Under the pieces are notes generated by a model, which worked only from the letters and a program-made list of their open reading frames with translations, was not told where the DNA came from and ran no database searches. From Camelus ferus (Eukaryota), in contig NC_045697.1 of NCBI RefSeq assembly GCF_009834535.1, positions 83,268,001 through 83,332,000 of the forward strand: a stretch of 64,000 nt of DNA, written 5' to 3'. The position numbers and the translations under genes are program-made. This document shows positions 49,180 through 62,684 of this stretch, piece by piece (the first letter of the stretch is position 1; every line of letters begins with the position of its first letter).

Positions 49180-51536
49180 AGCTTTTATTCCAGAAATACA
49201 AGCTTGTTTTAACACTTTAATAGCAGTCAGTGCAATTTATCATATTTACACACTAAAGAAGGAAAACTATATGATCACGTCAATAGATGCAGAAAAGCCA
49301 TTTGACAAAATCCTATAGCTGTGTCTTATAAGAACTCTAAACAAAATAAGAAGAGAAAAAAAACTTTCTTAACTTGATAAAAAGTATTTAAAAAAAAACA
49401 ACCCTACAGCTAATATACCTAGTAGTGAAAGGCTGGATGCTCTCGCCCTAAGATCTGAAGGGAGACAAGCACCTCCAACACCACCACTTTGATGCAGTTG
49501 TCCTAGAGTCCTCACTAGCGCAGAAAACAAGGGCATGAAGCAAAAGGCAGGCAGACTGGAAAGAAAAAGAAGACTTTTACCCTCAGGTAACATGATTGTC
49601 TATATAAACCTGCTATGGAATCTACAAACATGCGACAAGAACTAATAAATTAATTTTTAAAGTTATGCAGTACAAGATCCAACATAAAAATCTATTGTAT
49701 AGATATATAATAGCAACAAATAATCAGAAATTTATAATTTTTAGTTATTTACAAAGCATCAAAAATGATACAATCAATACTTAAAAGATAATTCTGGCAA
49801 AAGCTGTGTAAGATATGTGCACTGACAGATACAAAACTTTGCTGACAGAAATTAAAGAACCCAAAAATAAATGGAAAAATATACTGTGTCCATGGATCAA
49901 AATACTCAGTTTTGTTAAGCTGTTACTCCCCTCAAAACTGAATTATAGATTCAAAGCAATCTCAATCATAATCTCTGCAGGCTTTTTTTTTTTAATAAAA
50001 ATGACTCATTGATTCTAAAATTCATATGGAAATGTAAAAGACCAAGAACTAAAACAACTTTGACAGAGAGCAAAAAAATTGGAGAATTCACACTACCTCA
50101 CTTCCAGTCTCATTATAAAGCAACAGCAATCAATACAGTAGTGCTAAGATAAACAAACAGACTAATTGAACAGAAAAGAGATTCCAGAAATATACTCAAA
50201 CATATATTAACAATTAATTTTTGGCAGAGGTCATTTAATGAAGAAAGTGTTTTCAACAAATAGTCCTGGGGAAAAAAAAGCCATATCCAAATGCAAAAAC
50301 ATAAAACAAATTCTAACCCATACTATGCACCATGTACAAAAATGAACCCAAAGTGGGTTATACACCTACGTGTACAACCTAAAACTATAAATTCCTAGAA
50401 GAAAGGCAAAGTATAACTTATTTTAAGAAACAATGTACTTCATAAAGATTCAGAACTTCTGTTCTTTGAAAGATACTGTTATAAAATAAAAGGACAAAAC
50501 ACAGACTAGGGAAAATATTTGTAAATTACATATCTATTAAAAGACTTGTACTGACAATATATAAGGAACTCTCAATCACTCCACAATAAGAAAACAAACC
50601 AATAAAAACTGGGCAAAATATTTCAAAAGACACTTCACCAAAAATGACATATAGATGGCAAATAAGCATATGAAAAGATACGCAACATCATTATCCATTA
50701 GATAAATACAAATTAAAGCCACAATGATATAAAACTACACATCTATTAAAATAGCAAAAATTTAAAAGATTGACCATTCCAAGTGTTAGCAAGTATGCAG
50801 ATTAACTGAGACTCGCATACACTATAGATGGGGATGTAAAATGGTACAATCACGTTGGAAAATAACTTGGCAGTGTCTTAAGAATTCAAGTATACAACTA
50901 CCATGTCACCTAGCCACTCCTCTCCTAGGTTTATCCAGAAAAAAGTGAAAACATATGCCAAACTTTACGTACTCTTACATTTAAGATGTGCCTCTTATAA
51001 GTAGTTCATAGTAATTTCTTTAATATTGTCTGATAATTTTTCACCTTTCAATTGGAATATTCATTCCATTTTGTTTTAATATTATTGCTGATATATTCCT
51101 GCTTAAACTTTTGAGTAACAGTCAAAAGCTGGAAGCAACCTGAATGCCTATGAACAGGGTAAATGGCTAAAAATTTATTATATATATGTCTCAGTAATAA
51201 AAACATAGTTCCAAAAGCATGGATGAATCTCAAAACAATCACGCTGAATGAAAGCAGCCAGACAAAAAAAGAGTATATGTTGTATAATTATATTTATATA
51301 AGTATCTATGAAATGTGAATTAAATCTATAGTGACCGGAAAGCGGATCAGTGAATGCCTGGAAAGGGCTAGGGTAAGAAGAAGGGATGATATAGGCGCAG
51401 GAGAAAACTCTGGGGACGATGGTGTGTTCGCTTTCTTTACTGTGGTTCATACACAGGTATACACATATTTTAAACTACTTAAAACTGTACACTTTCCATG
51501 CAGTTTATTTTATGGCAATTATAACTTAATAAAGCC
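49180..51536 (+). mobile_element. L1MD-like LINE (RT to 3' end)
   Basis: ORF2 peptides NYMITSIDAEKPFDKI and YKTLLTEIKEPKNKWKNILCPWI; 3'UTR atctatagtgaccggaaagcggatcagtg...aataaagc. Confidence 0.85.
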
Positions 51537-52989
51537 ATCAAAATGTTTTAAATATTTAAATATCAGAATTACATTCTAGATTTCAATACTATGGTTTATA
51601 GTACAATTTTAAGTAGCATAATATTTCTGTACGTTTGGAATGAAAAAATCTTGAAGTTTTTATTTAGAGGATGCTTCTTTATTTTAACTAATTGGAAAGA
51701 TTTTGCACTAAGAATTAATGATAAACTTGGTAAATAAAACCCTCTTAACCAAGATTCAACCTAAAGCCAGTTTTATAAGGGAACTTCCAAATTTTCAAAA
51801 AAATAGTGTTTATAATGGCATTTTTTTGGCTGAAAATCAGTCAAGTTGAAAATCATTCAAGTTGAAAATCACCATAACTGTAATCATATTGTCCAAGTTT
51901 ATTTTCATCCCAAGGGAGAAGATCGTGATCAGCCCATGGAAGATGCTCATTCCCGTCACCGAGTCCACACTGTCCGGGAGAACAGTGCAGGAACTGTCCA
52001 GCAAGAGAAACAGAAAAAGTTTTCTAACAGCCAAATATCATTCCCATCCTCACCTGACACACAAAGCTATATCATTTACTTTAAAAACATGCAATTACTT
52101 GATAATCTATTATATCCTCATCAGGTTATTTGTTATTTGCTCAGAGTAGTACTGAATGGAAAGTCATATCATCTTCCCAATTACCACAAATAAAATGCCA
52201 AAACAGAGAGGGGTCAGCTGTCATCACCTATGCCCTCCAAAATGTGAAATGAGTATATTGAATAACCTTTCATTTTGCTCTTCTGAATCATCACCTCCAT
52301 TCTTAGAAACATCCTCTGTAATGTGGGCAGAGGCCAAGAAATTAAAACACTAATGCCAATGAGGACAGTCTTCTTCTTACTATTTCTAAGATCCAGCAGA
52401 TCATTTCAATTTTTAAGGTAGCAGTTACCACTTAAGCTTTCAGGAATCACTTTTCTATGAGTGGTCTCATAAAGATGTCTTTACATAGGTTAATTAGTAT
52501 ACAGTACTTTCTAACTCAATGTCATTTATAACAGAAAACTCTGATAAAAATTTTTAATCATTTCTTTGAATTTTTAACATAACATATCGTTTTCTCTTTC
52601 CCTTGTATTATATGCTTTTCTATTTTCAGGAATGTATATAGATTGGTAGTTGAAGAAAAATCAAGGTCCTAAAATGTAGGCAGTTTTCATCTAAAACTGT
52701 TACCAAGTGAGTTACAGGGAGTCCGAGGCCAAACACAATACATTAATATTAAGACCATTGATTAAGCCAAACTGTATTTTTCTCTAAATGTTTAGTACAT
52801 TTGGAGCACGCCTTACTAATACTGTTAATGATAATGGCAGTATCAGAAGAGTTACCTATGTAGAGTTGACTAGATTAAGAAGAGAGTAACACTGAATTCA
52901 GGAACTGAAGATGCCATGTGATTTTATTTTAGAGTACATTTTTACAGTATTGGAGAGAAACTCACATGCAGTATGAGACAATTTTTGCA

Positions 52990-53850
52990 GTCTCAGAGAA
53001 TCAAAAAGTTAGGCTGGCTAGTGGAGTTATGCAACACAACCCACTAAAAATTCTCCCTGTGTCCTAGACAGACCTACCATGAAACTGGCTGACAGGTTTG
53101 AGACATGTCTATAAGTCATGAAACGTTTAGGGACATTTAAGACAAAGTGAAGGCACACCTCCAGTTTGTATGGCGTTTAAAAAGCTAGTGGGAAACAAAT
53201 GAGCCTAGACGCATTCTGGGTGAATAACTGTGGGCAGGGGCTGCTGCGTGGAAGGCTGGAGTTTGAGGAGACAGCAAGGATCCCTGTGAAGCCTCCGGGG
53301 GATGGAGAGAGGAGGAGACTTGTCTGAGCACAGGCCCTGACACCAATGGGAGCACCGGCTGAACAAAAAGTGTGACACTAGGTGGTGCTCAGCATCCTAG
53401 AGCAGGGGAGAGAGCCATGAAGAAAGGACCCAACCCATGAGGGCAGTACTGCCAGGAGGGCCTCAGCCCTGGGACCTGTCCCTTATCAAACCCACAAGTA
53501 ATACCAAATAATCACTAAAAATTATTGCAGAACCTTGGATGCCTGAGTCACTCAGGTTGTGGCCCTCTGTGCTGGCACAGCACAACTATAACCCCCAAAA
53601 TCCGTCCTCAAAATTCTTACCTTTAATCCTCAGGGAATCACTACCCCCAATCTCTTGTGCTACATCCTCAAAACAAAGGCAACTACACTTAAAAACTGAG
53701 GGTATTTGTGTCACCATCAGAGACGACATCAGAGACACACAGCAATTCAGAGCACAGGGAGGATTTTGAGCAATGGAAGTGCATAAGGGAAAAGCAAAAA
53801 AAATTATCTTGTGAAGATTAAAAAAAAAAGTCACAATTGCAATAGATTCG
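52990..53850 (+). mobile_element. Possible HAL1 or L1 5'UTR/ORF1 relic
   Basis: Purine/GC-rich 5'UTR-like tract followed by A-rich atcctcaggga...atcagagacgacat...gaagattaaaaa; weak recognition only. Confidence 0.3.
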
Positions 53851-54449
53851 TCAATAGGGAAGCGTAATTCCTGAGTGTAAATTCCCAGGGCTCTAGATAT
53901 CCCTGATTCTCTTTGGGTTCCCTTTTACAGCTCTGTAGGGACTCTCAAATCAGCAAGCGCCTTTCAACACCGCACTTGGAGGCTGAGGATCACAGGGTAA
54001 GATGTGCATCATGTGCTGTTTATTTGTTACAAGGCATTTGTTGAGGAAGAAGACAAGAACCTAATTAAGTTTGATTTTGTGACTTAAACATTTGGACAAT
54101 GGCATGTGGCCTCCATTTGTATGATTTCCCTCGAATTTTAGAGGCATTCTGCACTCATTCTGCGCAGCAGCTCTGCAACCTGACAAGAAGTAGAGGGGAT
54201 TTCCCTGTTGCCTTAAAAGAATGGAAAGGGCCCTTCCCCTTTCTCACTGGGGAAAGGGGAAGGGCAGTGAGAGCAAATGTCATAGATACCAAGACCATGC
54301 GTGCAGAGCTGCAGCAACACCACCAGTTGTCGAGCACTCCATCCACCAGGGACCTTAAAGGGAAAATGACTTACCCCAAAACAGGGAGTGCCTAACAGGT
54401 ATCTAGGCAACAAATAAATGTGCATGGAAATTCTTTTTTTTTTTTTTTT

Positions 54450-54592
54450 CATGTCTGTTTTCCAGCTAGACTGTGCCCTCCAAAGCAGATGTCTTATCTA
54501 ATTAATCTCTGTATCCTTAGCACTTAACACAGACTGAAATAGAGTAATAATTCATTAAATGTTTTCCAATGAACAGATCGATGAATGAATGG
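54450..54592 (+). mobile_element. L2 3' end
   Basis: ctagactgtgccctcc...ctctgtatccttagcacttaacacag...atgaatgaatgg. Confidence 0.75.
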
Positions 54593-55138
54593 ACAGAATG
54601 AAATAAAATACTATTCTCTCCATTCATTGGCTAGAGCTGGGAGTGGGTAGATGAGTTATTTTTGTTCAGGATCTCAGTTTCTCTGCCATAAAAATCTAAT
54701 AAATGTTCAGTTAAACTCAGCAAGCATGTGAGCAATTTCCATGTATTAGAACAGTTGTAGAAACAATGGTGGGACTCTGAAGAATTACAAGGTATGTCCC
54801 TGTTCCCCAAACCACTTACAATGTCATTGGCATACAAAATAATAAACCTGTGAAATAGCCAAGCAAAAAAGGAAGATGGTGCTCTAACCAAGGACCAGGT
54901 GATTGACATTAACATGTTCTACCAAAGTTTAGAGAAATGAGACTACAGGCCAAAGTAGAACAACCACAAAAAGCAGAGATGAGAGTAAGGCACAGGAGCA
55001 GATATAACACACTGGGCATTCATACATTTCTGTACAACAGCCCTCCCTTTTCCTGGAAATTACCTGCTTTCTCCTCAACCATATGATTTTATCAGGTCTC
55101 TCACTTTAGCTGGGCAGATTGAATTCTTCCCTAGAGCA

Positions 55139-55420
55139 TTTTATTTTATTTTATTTTATTTTTTTAAAGAATCAACAGAATGCAGTAATCCAATCATAAA
55201 GGACAGTCAAAGGTGCTTACACATATTCAAGAAATCAATCATCTAAGTTATAAACAATAAGTAGTTCATTTGTCTCTTTTTTTTTAGATTCCACATATAA
55301 GCCATATCATATGACATTTTTTTTTCTCTTTCTGGCTTACTTCACTTGAAATGACAATCTCCAGGTCCATCCATTTGCTGCAAATGACACTGTTTTATTT
55401 TATATGGCTGAGTAGTATTC

Positions 55421-55473
<53 letters not shown>

Positions 55474-55754
55474 CACCACATCTTCTTTATCTAGTCATCT
55501 GTTGATAGACATTTAAGTTGTTTCCATGTCTTGGCTATTGTAACTAGTGCTGCTATGAACACTGGGGTGTGTATATATCTTTTTGAATTATATTTTTCTC
55601 TGGGTATATGCCCATGAGTGGAATTGCTAGATCATATGGTAAGTCTATTTTTAGTTGTTTAAGGAAACTCCATACTATCCTCCATAGTGGCTGCACCAAT
55701 TTACATTCCCACCAACAGTGTAGAAGGGTTCCTTTTTCTCCACACCCTCTCCAG
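55139..55754 (-). mobile_element. Chimeric retro-insertion: L1 ORF2 C-terminus (55264-55754) fused to ~98 bp non-L1 sequence (55166-55263) and an A-rich tail
   Basis: ORF 55553-55762 [25 protein letters not shown]1 homology stops just past the ORF2 stop; (TTTTA)n at 55139-55165. Confidence 0.75.
55423..55470. repeat. (GT)24 microsatellite inside L1
   Basis: Pure GT dinucleotide run. Confidence 0.95.
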
Positions 55755-57595
55755 AATTCCATGGGAATTCTTTAAAATATTTTAGAGAAGATCCTTAGAA
55801 AAGTCTAAAACTTAAAGTCCCATTAAGTAGGTAAGGAGAACTCAGATCAGTAAGATTTGAGATGTTGCTATAAATTAGACATATTTGTAGTTACCAGTAG
55901 GCAAAGCCGGAGACGTATCAAAGTATTTTGTCATGACCATAACAAAAATGCCTATGTTTTATGTTTCATGAAAGGAAATCTAAACACTTTACATGAATGT
56001 TTTAGCTGGGATTCATAGTATCCATGTGAAATAGATGTTGAGGGGGAAAAAAAAAAGACTCTTTTTCTGGTAGAAAAGGGCACATTGAAATGGAAGAAGT
56101 TGCCCAAGAGTTCCAGGTCCTTTGTAATGCAACCTAATGTTTCTATTAGATTAGATGCTCTGTTATCCACATGATTAATTGATTATACTTTTACTTTGAA
56201 TAAACTTTTCATAGTTCATTTCTTCTGAAAGCTATAATAAGGTGACTCATATGTGAAAGACTTTTGAAATCCTAGGGTGTGGTAGACATAAAAATTATAG
56301 TATTACTGACACTTAAATAAAAAGTTTAAAAACAGGATATCATGACTTACACTGATTTCCCGGCTAATGAAGTTAAGATTTGTTTAGTTTTTATTTGGGG
56401 GCAATTAAAATGCTAATAATTTATGCAAAATACAGTCAGGAAAATATAGCACCATTATTCAGATTCACTACTGCTCCAAAGCAAAGTAATGTAGCATCTA
56501 TTTATAACAGAACAGATTACAACTGACATAGTTATCAGTGTTTTGTCAAGATTCATCAGTATTAATTCGAAAAGATTATACACTGAAAACAATCATCTAT
56601 ACAGGGATTTTTTAAAAGAATAAAATGTTTACTAGAAAATATTCTTATTTTTAAACACAGCATGATTGTAGATAAATTAAGCTGAATAAAATGGTGATGT
56701 GTAGTATTTTTCTGAAGTGTTTGAGCAGAAAATACTCGGAGTCCCAGTATCATCCAATTGCTGACTATCTTTAGAGAGTCATCAGTTTTCAACAACTCTT
56801 TTTGGAATCTGAATGGAATTATAAGATGGAAGTCTGAAATCTTGTCACTGTATGACAAAGCTTTTTGATAAACAGATTTAGGTTTCACTCAAAGAAGAGA
56901 TGGAAATAGAAAATATTTCAGTTGGTTGGTCTCACTAAGCATACAAATATCTCATTGAAATTCTAGTTGGGTGCACATACTCTCCACCATTCAATTTACT
57001 TTACACAGTATAAGAGATATCATTTCATCAGTCCTAATCACTTGACTAGGTACAGCTGGTTGACCACTGGAGTGTTTTTGTTTTTCTTTTCCTATCTCTA
57101 TATGCCATTAAAGAGAAGAAAATTTTAAACCTCCTAACTTCCATGGAAAATTCTAGTCTTTGTGTTTGATCCAAGAAAAAGTTAGCAGACATGTGATGAG
57201 TAATAATAAAACCAGCAAATCATACCTGGGAGCAGTGGCTAACACAGATAATCTGACTGCTGGCCTAATTGATAATAGGTTTTTTCTCAGTTTATTCTTT
57301 GTCATTTACTTTTAAAAATATTTAAGATAGCAAGCAGTGCCTAGTATCAATTCTTATAAACTACCTTGTCAGTAGTCAATCCACATAGGATTGAATATAA
57401 GCTGAAGTGTCTCAAGGGAAGGAAACAGCATGCCACTTCTCAGCAGACTGTCAACCCTTGGGGACCTATACTCTACCAGTAGGTCCAAGATCTTCAAACT
57501 CTATGTGCTCAGTTGTGAGAGGTTGACTTTACTGAATGAAGCAGAGTAAGAAAGTAATATACTGAAATTTAGGAAGGTAATAAAAATGAAAGGCA

Positions 57596-58410
57596 TGAGG
57601 TATCACCTTACACCAGTCAGAACTGCCATCATTAAAAAGCCCATAAATGATAAATGCTGGAGAAAGTGTGAAGAAAAGGGAACCCTTCTGCACTGTTGGT
57701 GGGAATGTAGTTTGTTGAAGTCCTCAAAAGACTGAAAATAGACTTACCATATGATCCAGCAATCCTGCTCCTGGGCATATATCTGGAGGAAATTCTAATT
57801 TGAAAAGACACATGCACCTCAATGTTCATAGCAGCACCATTTACAATAGCCAGGACATGGAAACAACCTAAATGTCCATCAACAGATGACTGGATAAAGA
57901 AGTTGTGGTATATTTATACAATGGAATACTACTTGGCCATAAAAAGAATGAAATAATGCCATTTGTAGCAACATTGATGGACCTGGAGATCATCATTCTA
58001 AGTGAAGTAAGCCAGAAAGAGAAAGAAAAATACCATATAATATCACTTTTAGGTGCGATCTAAAAAAAAAAAAAAAAAAAGGCAAACAAATGTATTTACA
58101 AAAAAGGAACAGACTCACAGACATAGAAAACAAACTTATGGTTACCAAGGGGGAAGGAGGTGTGAAGGGGTAAATTGAGAGTTTGAGATTTGCAGATACT
58201 AACTACTATATATAAAATAGATAAACAAGTTTATACTGTATAGCACAGAGAACTATATTCAAGATCTTGTAGTAACTTATGCTGAAAAAGAATATGAAAA
58301 TGAATACATGTATGTTCATGTATGACTGAAGCATTATGCTGTACACAAGAAATTGATAAAACATTGTAAACTGGCTATACTTCAATATAAATATATATTT
58401 AAAAAAAGAA
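57596..58410 (+). mobile_element. Camelid/artiodactyl L1 3' end (ORF2 C-terminus plus 3'UTR)
   Basis: atgaggtatcaccttacaccagtcag...; close homology to 39297-40080 and 23335-23600; short internal deletion near 57714. Confidence 0.9.
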
Positions 58411-58429
58411 AACACATATAAAATTAGAA

Positions 58430-58690
58430 TCACTTCTTACCATTTCTACTCTTTCTATCCCAAGACATAACAATCCACCCTGTTTTATACCTTACATTCA
58501 TATAATCTGTTTACAACACAGCAAGCAGAAGGATCTTCTTAAAACTTAAGAGTCTGTCACTCTTCTGTTTAAACTCTCCAAAGACTTCCCATGGCTTTCA
58601 GAATAAAAGCCAGAGTTCTCAAAACTTCCTGTAAAGCTCTAATGATCTAATCATCATCTCTCTAACCCCATTTTCTGTTACTCTCTTTAA
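58430..58690 (+). mobile_element. L2 fragment
   Basis: acagcaagcagaaggatcttcttaaaac...tgtcactcttctgtttaaactctcc...agaataaaagcc. Confidence 0.65.
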
Positions 58691-59271
58691 GTCCTTTATG
58701 AGCACTAAGAATTTTATTATATAAACCAAAACCTCACAAATTTTATTAGCCTAAAGTAGTATCAGACAAGGGAAAATTTATAGTACTAAAGAATTTCAAT
58801 TATATCATTTTCCACTACTCTTTAAAAATAAGAAGTAAGGTTGTTAATGGCCTATATTTAATTTTGATGGTAAAGATTAAAATATTATAAAACGAATTAG
58901 CTATTCATTAGTTACTGTATCTCTAAGCACTTTTATGACGTGATTTAAATACAAAGTCAGGTCTGAGACTGAAGTCTTGCATCTTTAAGTGAGCACTGAA
59001 ATCTCCTTTTACAATATTCTCAAGTACTTAATCATATGCTATTTTAAAGGGATTATAAATAATTTTCACAAAGAATCAGTATTATGTTTTCACTAATATT
59101 TGTGGGTAGAATATATAAAGGAAATGATTTCTCTATTAAAAGAAAAGCATTTTAGTATTTATAGTATTTCCTCTTAAACCAACTTGTGTAAAATGTTGCC
59201 ATCTCTTAATGTCCCTTAGAAGGGATGTCAACAATAGACTGTTGAAAATTTTATGTTAAAATAAAAAGGTA

Positions 59272-60112
59272 TGTATGAAGTAATAAGAAACATATATATG
59301 TATTAGTCTCTTCCCCTAGTTCCTGACAAAGAGCCCTCTAAAATCCTTGTAATCTCCTGAATAATGGGTACTAAAAGAATTTTTTGTTCCAATATTTGGT
59401 CTTTTAACTTCAGTTCCTGACAAAAGAGCTTCTAAGACCCTTGGAATTTCCACAGTGATGTTTGTTTGTATGATAAGAAAATGTCAGGAGATAGGGGTCC
59501 CTATATAACTTGGGGATGGCGGCTGGTCACAAGAAGGCCCAAGCCATGATAAGAAGCTTGAAACTTTCAGCCCCAAGCCTCATCCTCTAGAGGGAGGAGA
59601 GGCTGGAGAATGAGTTAATAATCATTTATGCCTACATGATGAAACCTCTATAAAAAATTTCTAAACCATGAGGTTAGAGAGCTTGCAGGTTGATGAACAC
59701 ACCCACATGTCTGGCGAGTAGAACCTATGGCTCCACAGGGATAAAAGCTTAGGACCTTTCCAGACTGTACTTCACATACCTCTTCATCTGGCTGCTCATG
59801 TGTATCTTTTATGACATCCTTTGTAAGAAACTTGTAAACAAAAGTGTTTCCCTGAGTTCTGTGAGCATTTATAGCAAATTATTGGAACTGAGAAGGGGGG
59901 TATGGGAATCCCTGATTTGTAACTAAGTTAGATAAAAGTGTGGGTAACCTGGGGACCCACTGCTTATGACTGGCATCTGAAGTCTTGTAGGCCCAAGCCC
60001 TAAACTTGTGGAATCTGTACCAGCTCCACTTAGTGTCAGAATTGCTTGGTGTGGAAAAAACACATTTGATGTCAGAAGTGTCATGACTAGTAGAGAAATA
60101 GTTTTCCTTTCA
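59272..60112 (+). mobile_element. MER21-like solo LTR
   Basis: gttcctgacaaaagagcttctaagacccttggaatttcc, gaaactttcagcccca, gtgtttccctgagttctgtgag, gggtaacctggggaccc, tgtcagaagtg. Confidence 0.85.
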
Positions 60113-60141
60113 GTGTGATTATAAGATTTCAGTAGTGAAAT

Positions 60142-60634
60142 TGTTAGGAAGTTAGATAAGTGGGGGCACCAGGCAGATAATGTGGAGGAGAGGGAGAATG
60201 ATCTGGAAGATGGTGTGATGCCCACCTGCAGCATAAAGGGGTTTTACTTCCTCTAAATGAGTGCCAGCAAGAAACTGGTTAAAACCCAACAGCCAAGACT
60301 ACAAGCTACTTAGTGACAAGGACCTGATGGGAAATGACCCAATGCTCATTGTAATATAATTAGCATTGCTGTTTAGCCCCACTCACCACCTGGAGGGTTT
60401 TTCTGTATGCATCATGGGTAAGGACATGCAATGTAAGGACAATAAATCATGTGGTCACCTCACTTCTTATTTCATCTACATCTTAGTAATCAGTCCTCTT
60501 TATAGTTTTGCCCAGGCAGAGGAAGCTTCAGAGAATTTAGCAAGACTTTCTTTATCTCTTCATCAAGTCACTTTCTTCACCTTTTTCAGAGAAGAGCTTG
60601 ACTCAAGTTTTCATTGAGACACATTTGATTAACA
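60142..60634 (+). mobile_element. Probable ERV1-class solo LTR (MER41-related)
   Basis: tgtta...taaca termini; gaaactggttaaaacccaacagccaaga and ctcattgtaatataattagcat resemble 48520-48600; no clean TSD. Confidence 0.45.
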
Positions 60635-60941
60635 ACACAACGTGATGGCATTTTTCCTATTTTAAAATCTCTCAGTGATCTAAAATAAGACATTTTATTT
60701 ATTAAGCAACATTTTAAAGTTGTTTACCTTAGTACAATTTTACATTTTATACAGTGTAATCTTGGACAGTATGCTGCACTTTTCTGTGTGTTCATTTATT
60801 TACCAGCATTATCTTTTTTTTTTCAAGAAGAATTTAGGTCAGTTAAAATAAGACATACACAAGGCAGGTTAGAAAAAGAAAATCTGGATCAAAGAGAAAG
60901 AAAAATGTAACTCTGGTAAGAGAAATTGTCAAAATATTTTC

Positions 60942-61438
60942 TGTAGATTAGTTTATTATTGCTGCTATGGCAAGTGATCACCAACTTGGTAACTTAAAAC
61001 AACACAAATCTATTCCCATTCAGTTCTACAGATCAGAAGTCCAACAAGGATCTCACTGAGCTAAGATCAAGACTTTGGCAGAGTCCATTACTTCCTGCAG
61101 GTTCTAGAGGAGAACTCTGTTTCCTTGATTTTTTACCTCCTAGAGGCCACTCACTGTCCTGAGCTTGTGGTCCCCTTTCTTCAAGCCAGTGACACCAGGC
61201 CAAGTCCCTCTCATGTTGCCATCTCTCCTTCTATCCTTCTTTTACTTTTGAATATTCTGTGGTTACTTTGGGCCCCACCCTGGATAAGCAGGATAATCTC
61301 ACTATCTTAAAGTCAGCTGACTTGCAAATTTAATTCCATCTGCAGACTTAATTTTCCTCAGCCACACAACCTAATATTCATAGGTTTCAGTGATTAGGAC
61401 ATAGACTTATTTAGGGAACCATTATTCTGCCTACCATA
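60942..61438 (-). mobile_element. MLT1D-like MaLR solo LTR
   Basis: cttaaaacaacacaaatctatt...ggttctagaggagaa...ggataatctc...aagtcagctga...ccattattctgcctaccata. Confidence 0.9.
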
Positions 61439-62684
61439 GTAATTGATCTTTAAATTTCACTCTTAACTTCCTGGCAATCAAAAGAAGGAGGGGAGGTAGC
61501 AAAGTAAATCCTATATCCAAAAATCATAAAATATGCCAGTTACCAAAGAGAGAAAAATTTTCCCTAACAATATTTGTTGAAAAATATGTATCATAAAGGT
61601 CTTCAATATAAAACATTGACTATTCTTGTGAACTATAGTATCACAGTACTTTTTTTCCCTACAAATTGAAAATCATGCTTTATATGACTTTGGGAGGGAG
61701 GGGAAATGGAGCTTGCAAAATCATTCAACACTACTTAGAGATTTTTTTTTTCTCATTTAAAAATAACTCTTCATGCTGAGAATTTGCCTTATGCAGGAAA
61801 TACTTGTTGAATTGCTTAGACCTCTAGCGACAGGCATCTTGAAACAATCAATGAAAAGTATCATTAATGAAAATCTTTCAGCAACAGAAAATTTAAATAG
61901 ATGCAGCAATTCTTGAGCTTTCCCTTTTTGGTATTCTGAAAAAGTGGCTAGCCCACTATGATTCAAGAGCAGCTCGTAGCCTGCTCGATCAGAGAACAGA
62001 ATTTACAAAATCAGAATAGATGCAAATTATATGTTCAAAATATTAGCGTTATATAAAGACTTCCATGAAATGATCTATTTTTGCCCAAGGAGGGACCTAC
62101 AAATACCATGCAAGATAAATTCTCTTAAAATTATAAGGTTTATTACTTTAATGAATGCTACTTATTATTAGTGCTGAGCTACAAAGAAAAATAAACAATG
62201 GGCTATATAAAAAGAGTTAAATCAATGTGGGAAATGACCACTATTAAAAGAAGACTATAAGGAATGTAAATAATCAAGAGGCATTAACAAAATAGAGTTT
62301 GCTGTGTACTTGGAATAATAAAATTAATTTTTATAATTACAAATCACATTTTGTTCTTGCCATGTATCTAGAAAGATAAATCTTGTCACTTTGTTGAGAG
62401 GTTGTGACAAGGGATTTTTTTTTTCCAAAACAAAATACAATAAACCAAAAAAAGAAAACACTTGTTCAAAAATTTTAAAAAGGCAGCCAAATATTCAAGG
62501 GTTGGGAGGAGGGGGACTTTTGTTGTTTGTTTTTAAATTCATAACAACAAACATGGAGTACTACTTATTTTAAATCTAACTTTGGAAATCAAAGATTCTG
62601 CCTGCCAGAAACTAGCTAGCTGTTTTATAAAACATGTCATCTATTATTGTATGATATACCTCAAGTAAAAGGTTTGGACTGCCA

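Noticed and set aside
56562..56888. 108-aa minus-strand ORF in unique sequence
   Set aside because: Non-ATG start, no recognisable domain and no convincing splice donor
59300..59455. Internal ~60-bp duplication (agttcctgacaaa...ccttg twice)
   Set aside because: Diverged and most likely an intrinsic feature of the MER21-type LTR rather than a locus-specific event
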